The translations under genes and the position numbers were made by a program. A model generated the notes under the pieces. The model did no database searches and had not been told where the DNA came from. It worked only from the letters and a program-made list of their open reading frames with translations. A DNA stretch of 64,000 nt, from the NCBI RefSeq assembly GCF_006345805.1, contig NC_043012.1, forward strand, positions 58,094,001 through 58,158,000, given 5' to 3'. Numbering within the stretch: position 1 is the first letter of the stretch; each line of letters begins with the position of its first letter. This DNA is from Octopus sinensis (taxonomy: Eukaryota). This document shows, in pieces, positions 55,770 through 64,000 of this stretch.

Positions 55770-57335
55770 GTTGCTACTACTACTTTTAATGTTGCAGGAG
55801 TGTCAAGACTGCAAGGGCTTTTGCTTGACCCTCAAACCACAATTCATCGAATGATGCTCATGATACAATGAACGCAAGAGGGCGCCTTTAAATGACTGTC
55901 GGTGTCCTTCAACACCTAATGCCAAAAGCGAAAACGATTTTCCATGGCAAATAGCTGTGAATACGCCCTCCCTACTGGACATATATAACCGAAGCATATT
56001 TTTACTGCAGTGAACGTTTGTCTACTCGCAACACTGCATTTTTGTGTGTCCACTGCAATATTTTGTTTAAGCGGTGACAGAATCGCATGTGATCAGCACA
56101 TGATTTCATGCTGAATCAATGTTTCCAAATAGGGGAATCAATAGGGGAATCAATGTTTCCAAATTAATTTCCACGTCGTCAGTCTTGCGGTGCACGTTAC
56201 TGATGATACCTAAGGAGGTAGAAATGCAGCGTCACTGCTTCTGTTAGAGGGTACCTTGAAATGACTTGTCCAGAGCAAATTAGAAATGAACGGCAAAGTA
56301 GACCTGAGCGAAGTGTGAACTTAGTGCACCAACGGTATAAACAAATTCTGCAAGAGAGGCAGTCTAAACAATGTCTTAATGACCTCACCAATACTCTCCA
56401 TTCTTCATAATTGAATGGGATTGCTTTAACATATATTTGTGAGAGTATAACTTCCGCTGTTGAATTGCACGAATTTAAAGAAAAATATTTCCGGTTTGAA
56501 AGGATATTAAAAACTGCAAGGCAAAAAAACATGTGATAGAAATTACCTCTAGGATTATTATTTTCATACACTGTAAAAACAAATTGAGAATATTTGGGTA
56601 GTAATAAAATCAGAACCATAGAGTGATCTAATGAAAAACCGTTTCTTCGTGAACAATTTCAGTATATTTGCATTATTAACTGCTGCAGAAAGTCTTGCTT
56701 TCTTCCTAACAGAGGACTGTGAAATAGTATGTTTGTTTTTTTTTTCGTGTTTTTAAACTGAAACAAAATCTGCCTTCAATGAATCTACCAAATATTTTCA
56801 TAAATGTGTATATAAGCGTTATATTTCTATTTTTTATTTAAAGTATTCTTTATCTGCAAAAACACACCAGACACTTATCTTGCAACCGCTACATGTGTAA
56901 TATCTATTACTGAATCACAGAAATTATTCTCCGGTAATATAATATCTCGCCCATCCAAGTTATTTAATCCATGCTTTCTGCAAGTGCTGCTCTCCAACAT
57001 TTAGGAACGTGCAAATATTCTCTCCGACCTCTCAACGTAATCTCACAGAGCTTATAGTATATCTCGGCTGCCTATCTCGTTTCAAAGCCATAGAAATTAT
57101 AATTGTCAATCAAAAAACGAGTAATTCTAGTGTAATAAATCTGAAGTTCTGTTACTCTAATACCACTGCTAAGTACGCCTAGTTGCAATAACAACAGATG
57201 CTGCTGGTGAAATAAATGGTGGAAATTGATACGTTTTTCAAGTATCCCTTGAAGGAAAATTACAGTTTGGCCGGATTACGCTACGAAATACATATTTAAT
57301 ACGTGTGCGCGCCTATATATATGAATATATACGTA

Positions 57336-57402
<67 letters not shown>

Positions 57403-57517
57403 ATCATATATACTACATAAATACACACACACTATATATATATATACATATATGTCCTGTGCCCACATATGCATGTATATCCGTATAGATGTACGTACAT
57501 ATACGTATGCATATATG

Positions 57518-57565
<48 letters not shown>

Positions 57566-57651
57566 ATATGAGTGTGTGTGTGTATACATGCGTATATATA
57601 TATATATATATGATTCATATATATATATGTGTATATACATGCATATATATA

Positions 57652-57686
<35 letters not shown>

Positions 57687-57801
57687 TTCTGTATGTGTGT
57701 GTGTCTGCGTGGGTGTATTTGTGTGTGACTGTGTCTGTGTGCAAGCGTGTGTAGGTGTGGATGTATATACATGTATGTATACACATACACATATGTACAT
57801 A

Positions 57802-58000
57802 AGGCTGGGAACTCCGTCGGTTACAAAGACAACAGTTCCAATCGATCATATTCAACGGAACAGCCTGCTCATAACGTGCAAGTGGCTCAGCACTCCGCAG
57901 GTACTCAAGATGCTTCGCAAAGTTCTCAGGGAGGTTCGCTGTGATACAACGAATGTTAAAAGGGGCTGGCCCCTTGAACTACACGTACTACACAGTTTTG
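57802..58000 (+). mobile_element. Unclassified SINE-like repeat
   Basis: ggaactccgtcggttac...aacggaacagcctgctc...gtgcaagtggctcagcactcc is recalled as a common octopus repeat. Confidence 0.45.
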
Positions 58001-58062
<62 letters not shown>

Positions 58063-58329
58063 GTGTGTGTGTGTGTGTGTGTATTTAACTGTTTTACATT
58101 TGTTCTTTTAACGTCAGAACAATGCAAGCAATAAAAACTAAGAGTATAGTTCGATGGCGATTAATATCACTTAGAACTAAGGAGGTGAGCTGGCAAAATG
58201 GTTAGCACGTCGGGGCAGACGCTTAGCCGAATTTCGTCCGTTTTCAAATTCTGCCAAGGTCGACTTTACTCTTCTTCCTTCGAGCACTGGGGTACATGAA
58301 AAAGAGTAAAATAATAAAAGAATATATAT

Positions 58330-58360
<31 letters not shown>

Positions 58361-58373
58361 TATATATATTATA

Positions 58374-58808
58374 GGCGCAGGAGTGTCTGTGTGGTATAGG
58401 CGCAGGAGTGGCTGTGTGGTAAGTAGCTTCTTTACCAACCACATGGTTCCGGGTTCAGTCCACTGCGTGGAACCTTCGGCAAGAGTCTTCTACTATAGCC
58501 TTGGGCCTTGTGAGTGGATTTGGTAGGCGGAAACTGAAAGCAGCCCGTCGTATATATGTAAATATGTGTGTGTGTGTGTGTCTGTGTGTGTGTGTCTATG
58601 TGTGTGTGTCTGTGTTTGTCCCCCAACATCGCTTGACAACTGATGCTGGTGTGTTTGCGTCCCCATAATTTAGTGGTTCGGTAAAAGAGAACCGATAGAA
58701 TAAGTACTAGGCTTACAAACAATAAGTCCTCGGGTCGATTTGCTCGACTAAAGGCGGAGCTCCAGCATGGCCGCAGTGAAATGACTGAAACAAGTAAAAG
58801 AGTAAAAG
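58374..58808 (+). mobile_element. Full-length SINE-A with duplicated 25 nt head
   Basis: ggcgcaggagtgtctgtgtggtata is immediately followed by ggcgcaggagtggctgtgtggtaag. Confidence 0.9.
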
Positions 58809-58825
58809 ACACGCATGTACACGCA

Positions 58826-58880
<55 letters not shown>

Positions 58881-60994
58881 ATATCTGTGTTTATGTTTTC
58901 AGATGAGAAAATTTAAAGAAAAAGCTGTGTCGTTCATATTGCGTCACTTTATTCTCCGTAACTTAGCGGTTTAATCAAATAAAGATCGATGGTAAAAGAA
59001 ATATCACTCTGACATAAATATGTACTGGCGTAGATTCGATCTGCTAAACTGATGACAGTCTTCCAGAACGGCAGCCATCAAGTATCTGGAACCAGTAAAA
59101 GAATAAACGAATATTTGTTTTCTTCAAGAAATGATTAAAAACTGTCTAAGAATTATTAATCTCGTCTCTTTCATTATAGTCATAACTTTTGTTTTCTGTG
59201 ATTATTGTCTGCTCAATATGGAACCATCACATCTGATTTCATGAAAATTTAATTTTAGATATCATCACAAAAGTCTGCTTCAACTAGTTGGTAGGATTTG
59301 GAATCTGTCTTAGAAAAAGGAAATAAATAAAATATTTAACAGTTAGTTCAGTAAAGTGCATCGTTTTTTTTTTTTCGTACTCTATTCATCAAGATTATCA
59401 CTCTTTGAGATGAATACGAGCGAAAACTTAGTGACACTTGATGACAAAATCTTCTTAGTTACAGCTTTTTTTCTTAGCGACTTAGAGTCTTGGCAACTTA
59501 ACATTTGGCGAATGAATTAGAGAGTTCTCTGCTTGGAAGAGGAATAACGAAATGGATGCCTGAATGTTATATAAATGTGATATATAGTTATTTAGAATAT
59601 TGTTAAATGGATATTACGTTTGGATGCTATCAAATAAAAACCAAAGATTCCATTATAACCAATATTGCTGAGACCAGAAATTGTCTTAAGACGATCCATT
59701 AATGCAGGTGGGGCTGTTTAGCTGCTATTTCTACTAGATCAAACTACCAAGGTACTGTAGACGCCATCAATCTGTAGCAATTTATTTTATTCATAAATAA
59801 ATTCGCAATAGACGGCGAATACACAGAACGGCTATATTGTAGGATACAATGTCCCTAGATGTTGTTCTGAGTTCACATCCTGTCGAGATCAACTTTATTC
59901 CCTTCTTTTAGGGGTCGATGAAAAATGAAAATCCAGAGCGGTGGATAATTGAAAGTGTAACAACGTCGGACTGGATCCGTTACTGAATATTTTCCAGCTC
60001 TTTGAGTTATGAAATCAAATTCCTCCTTGACATGCTGGGTGATAGACTCAACCCGTGGACCATTTTAACACTATAATAGCGGGTTGACTCTGTTGGAAGC
60101 ATTCTGGTCAAGACGTGGGTCTGATATTTCTCCACCCCACCTCCCGCTCTTCAATCCAGTCTCTGTGAAATATTATGACCATTGCCTTTCCTCTGGAATA
60201 AAAGATGAACAAAAAGAAAAAAAAGAAGGCCGGTTATATGAAAGATTCCAATTAATATCAGAAAAATACACCAGTGATTACATCCAAAATACCTGTTTTA
60301 TTGCGTACCTTTATGCACCGAGTTCTAGACTAGTCGTTATCCACATTCCTACATTCAATTTCAAGGCTAATGAAATAAATACTGATGTTTGATATGATTT
60401 AGAAAGCCTCTGATGGCATGGATCCATCGTGGACACAATGGAATGACTAAAATCATAAAAGGATGTAAGAATTGCGTCCGTATCATTCGTTTGACCACAT
60501 GATTTTATCTTCCAGTGAATCTAACTTCCAAATCAGTGTTTCTATTTATAAGATCAAAGTATTAGTAGCGGCATGGTAGACATTTTCTAATGATTGAAGC
60601 TCCATAGAGGCATGCTCATCTATGATTACTTACTGTTCTATGAGAGGTGAATTCCTCCTGGAAAGAATGCTAGCAGATAGCAAGCAGCTTCCACATTCGG
60701 TAAAATAATTTGTTAGAGCAAGCTAACAAACAATCGCAACTTTCACCATTCTGCTGCCACTTTGGTGAAGGTTTATACTCTCCAGTTGGGACCTTGCATC
60801 TTGGTAGCTGAAAATGAAGGCTTTACAGGGCGGCCTCTCCATTTTCTTCACTGAGCTAGAAATAGATGGCAAAGTTCCCTCAAATAACACCTAACCTTCT
60901 TAAAATAAGACGCACTGGGTAATAATGTAGTTTTCTTATATATCAGATGGAATGATCATGGTTGGGCTGTCTTTGGTGCTCTTTAAGTTTTACT

Positions 60995-61051
60995 CTTCCT
61001 TCTCATTATTATCCTTATCATCATCGACGTCATCGTCATCTTCATCATCAC

Positions 61052-61105
<54 letters not shown>

Positions 61106-61154
61106 CAACCTCGTCGTCATCGTCATTATCATCATCATCATCATCATCATCAAC

Positions 61155-61192
<38 letters not shown>

Positions 61193-61540
61193 TACCATCA
61201 TCATCATCACCATCATGACCACCACCACTACCACCACCACCTTCGATGTCAACGTCAACGCCATCTTCGTCGTTGCTCTAATCGTCAACGTCCTCACCAT
61301 CAACATCGTCATCATTGTCCTCTTCTCCCTTCTTCTCCTCCACATCAACATCATCAACAACAACAACAAACAACAACAACAACACCATCAACATATCGAA
61401 GCCGAAGAGGCCGACTAAACAACAAACCATTCATCCACCATTGCAACCAAACAAACAACCAACCAACCAAACAACCAACCAACCAACCAACCAACCAACC
61501 AACCAACCAACCAGCCAGCCAGCCAACCAGCCAACCATCA
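60995..61540. repeat. (CAT)n / (CAA)n / (CAAC)n compound array
   Basis: Direct; it accounts for the poly-His, poly-Ser and poly-Met ORFs. Confidence 0.95.
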
Positions 61541-62054
61541 AAATGAAAGCGTAATAGTTTTCGCTAGGCAAATTCTCATGTTTATCAAATAATTGATTAA
61601 TTAATAGTCTAATTATAATTAAGTTACTCATATCAAATGTATATTGCTAAATGTGTCTGTAATATAACCATGTGTCTCCTCGCCTAATCTTACAGACGAC
61701 TTTCAAATAGTGATCTAATCCGATAATCCATGATAAAATATACAACGGTTATGAACCAACGGGGTTATCTTTACACACTTTCTAGTCTTACTGGAACAGC
61801 AGCTTCGTATTTCGTAGAGCGTATTGCATCCGTATTGCAAGCATTTAGTAATGCTTCGAGGTACACTAGAAGAGAGGGTCACGATTGGATCACCTTTGAT
61901 CATAGGGTGGCTCAGTCGGATCTTCTCATACTTCTCTTACATCATATACTCTACTACCTTAAGCAATCGAGGAGGCATTGTGTAATGTGCCGTTGGACGC
62001 ATTTGTAGAAATGGCCACGGTTGGAATAAGGCTACTTTTGACCGTGAATTCTCT

Positions 62055-62209
62055 CAGTCAGACCATGGGCAAATGTCTTTAACTATAACCTCGGGCCGAC
62101 CGAGGCCCTGTAAGTGGATTTGGTAGACGGTAACTGAAAGAAGCCCGTCGTATATATATATATGTATATACATACACATACATATATACATATATATATA
62201 CATACATAC

Positions 62210-62244
<35 letters not shown>

Positions 62245-62800
62245 TGGTTTGGTCATTTTAACTGCTATTTTAGCATGCCGGTACTGCCTGTTAATACACT
62301 TAATTATTCATTGATAATTTTTACCTTTAGGCACAGTATTGGCTGTGTGGTAAATAACTTGTTTACCAGCCACATGGTTCCAGGTTCAGTCCCACTGCGT
62401 GGCACGTTGGGCAAGTGTCTTCTACTATAGCCTGGGGTCGACCAAAGCCTTGTGAGTGGATTTGGTAGATGGAAATGGAAAAAAACCGTCGTATATATGT
62501 ATGTATGTATATATATATATGTGTGTGGGTGTGTGTGTCTGCGTTTGCTCCCCACCACTTCACTTGACATCTGATGCTTGTGTATTTACGTCCAGGTAAC
62601 TTAGCGGTCCAGCAAAAAGAACCGATAGAATAAGTACTAGGCTTACAAAGAATAAGTCCTGTGGCCAATTTGCTCGACGAAAAGGTGGTGCTCCAGCATG
62701 GCCACAGTCAAATGACTGAAACAAGTAAAAAAGAATAAAAAATATTATGGGTTTTTTTACGCATGCTAAGCCACTGATATTATTATAAACAATAATATCC

Positions 62801-62833
<33 letters not shown>

Positions 62834-63080
62834 AACACACACACACACACACCCAAACACAAACACACAAACACACACATACACATATATGTTTATATAT
62901 CTGTGTCTGTGTTTGTCGCCAACCATCGGTTGACAACCGGTGTCGGTGCGTTTACTTTCCCATAAGTTAGCGGGGACGTAAACAGTATAAGTCCTGATGT
63001 CGATTTGTTCATTTAAATCCATTCAAAGCAGTGCCCCAGCATGGCCGCATTCAAAATGACTGAACAAATAAAAGATTAAA
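62055..63080 (+). mobile_element. Cluster of SINE-A copies (62055-62152 partial, 62330-62740 full, 62905-63080 tail)
   Basis: Conserved SINE-A head, core and tail motifs. Confidence 0.85.
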
Positions 63081-63629
63081 AAAAATATCCTACTCTCTTA
63101 GAAATCAAGGAGTCATCATTGTGTAATGTGCTTTTGGATGTTGGATCTACTAAAAGAGATAGTCACGGCTGGAATACATTTCATTATAGACCTGCGCAAT
63201 ATCATACCAGTCCTGGGGCTAAGAGAGAGAGAGAGAGAGAGAAAAGATTATGTATATCCATGTTTTGTATCGAGATCTAAGCTTGATTAAAATATCTTTG
63301 CATTGGTTACAATTTAGCCGAGGTCACATGATATGTTTGCTAACGACACATTGGCCGCCAGCTGATAATCTCATCAACACTGCCAGAGATGGTCAGTGTA
63401 ATCCTTATCTTCTTTATTTTCTGTATTTATTTTGTTTCATAAAGCAACACTCTGTCATCGAGCAACTGCAGAATGTTCCTTTATAAACCTACAAGAAGAG
63501 TTATGAATGACATGGCAACAAGCACTGCGAATAAAAGTCTGTGTGTGTGCGCATGAGCGGATATGTATGCCAGTGTGTTTGACGGAGAGTGTCTGTATGT
63601 GGACGTCAGTTTGTGCATGAGTAGGCATT

Positions 63630-63673
<44 letters not shown>

Positions 63674-63909
63674 TGTATATATATATATAAATCACTTTGA
63701 CCGACCAGTCCGTCGGGCGTCCATTTGACACCGCAGGTCACAGCACGCTGTTCACTCCTCTCTGGATCGCGCCTTATATATATATACATATATATATATC
63801 ACACAGTGAGCGACCAGATTATCAGATGTTTCTACACATAGCTGGTCACAATGCGCGTCACATTGTTTTAGCCTTCAAATGACGCCACCCCGCTGGCTAA
63901 GCGAGCAGG

Positions 63910-63947
<38 letters not shown>

Positions 63948-64000
63948 CATAGATACATACATACATACATACATACATACATACATACATACATACATAC

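Noticed and set aside
56197-56619. Resemblance of NFYHMFFCLAVFNIL...ICLYRW to GPCR TM2/TM3
   Set aside because: The would-be TM3 is full of charged residues and no further helices follow, so no family is called.
61715-62008. Short ORFs on both strands in unique sequence
   Set aside because: No recognisable motif, an in-frame stop upstream on the minus strand and no good splice signals; probably old TE debris or chance.

Overview
AT-rich eukaryotic genomic DNA, most likely a coleoid cephalopod (Octopus-like). That assignment rests on my recollection of the SINE families and on the very high microsatellite density; it is an inference, not a database match. I could not identify a host gene, only a few unassigned candidate exons, so the window looks intronic or intergenic. 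It is dominated by (TA)n, (CA)n, (TAA)n, (TATC)n and (CAT)n microsatellites and by three tRNA-type SINE families. It also holds at least six R4/Dong-type (RLE) LINE copies nearly all ending at (TAA)n, one Penelope-like element (RT + GIY-YIG), two CR1/L2-type relics and three Tc1/mariner relics. The most notable signal is a set of minimal type-I hammerhead ribozyme (HHR) motifs in five different sequence contexts, each ending shortly before a (TA)n tract. Two contexts are long fold-backs with an HHR on each strand (42.76-43.27 kb and 52.88-53.51 kb). One HHR ends a 1.9 kb insert flanked by ~165 bp direct repeats (32.75-34.99 kb). One is in a tandem 0.6 kb dimer (6.13-7.31 kb), and one is a decayed copy at the 3' end of the Penelope element. 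There are no CRISPR arrays, rRNA genes or convincing tRNA genes. Coordinates of decayed repeats are approximate.
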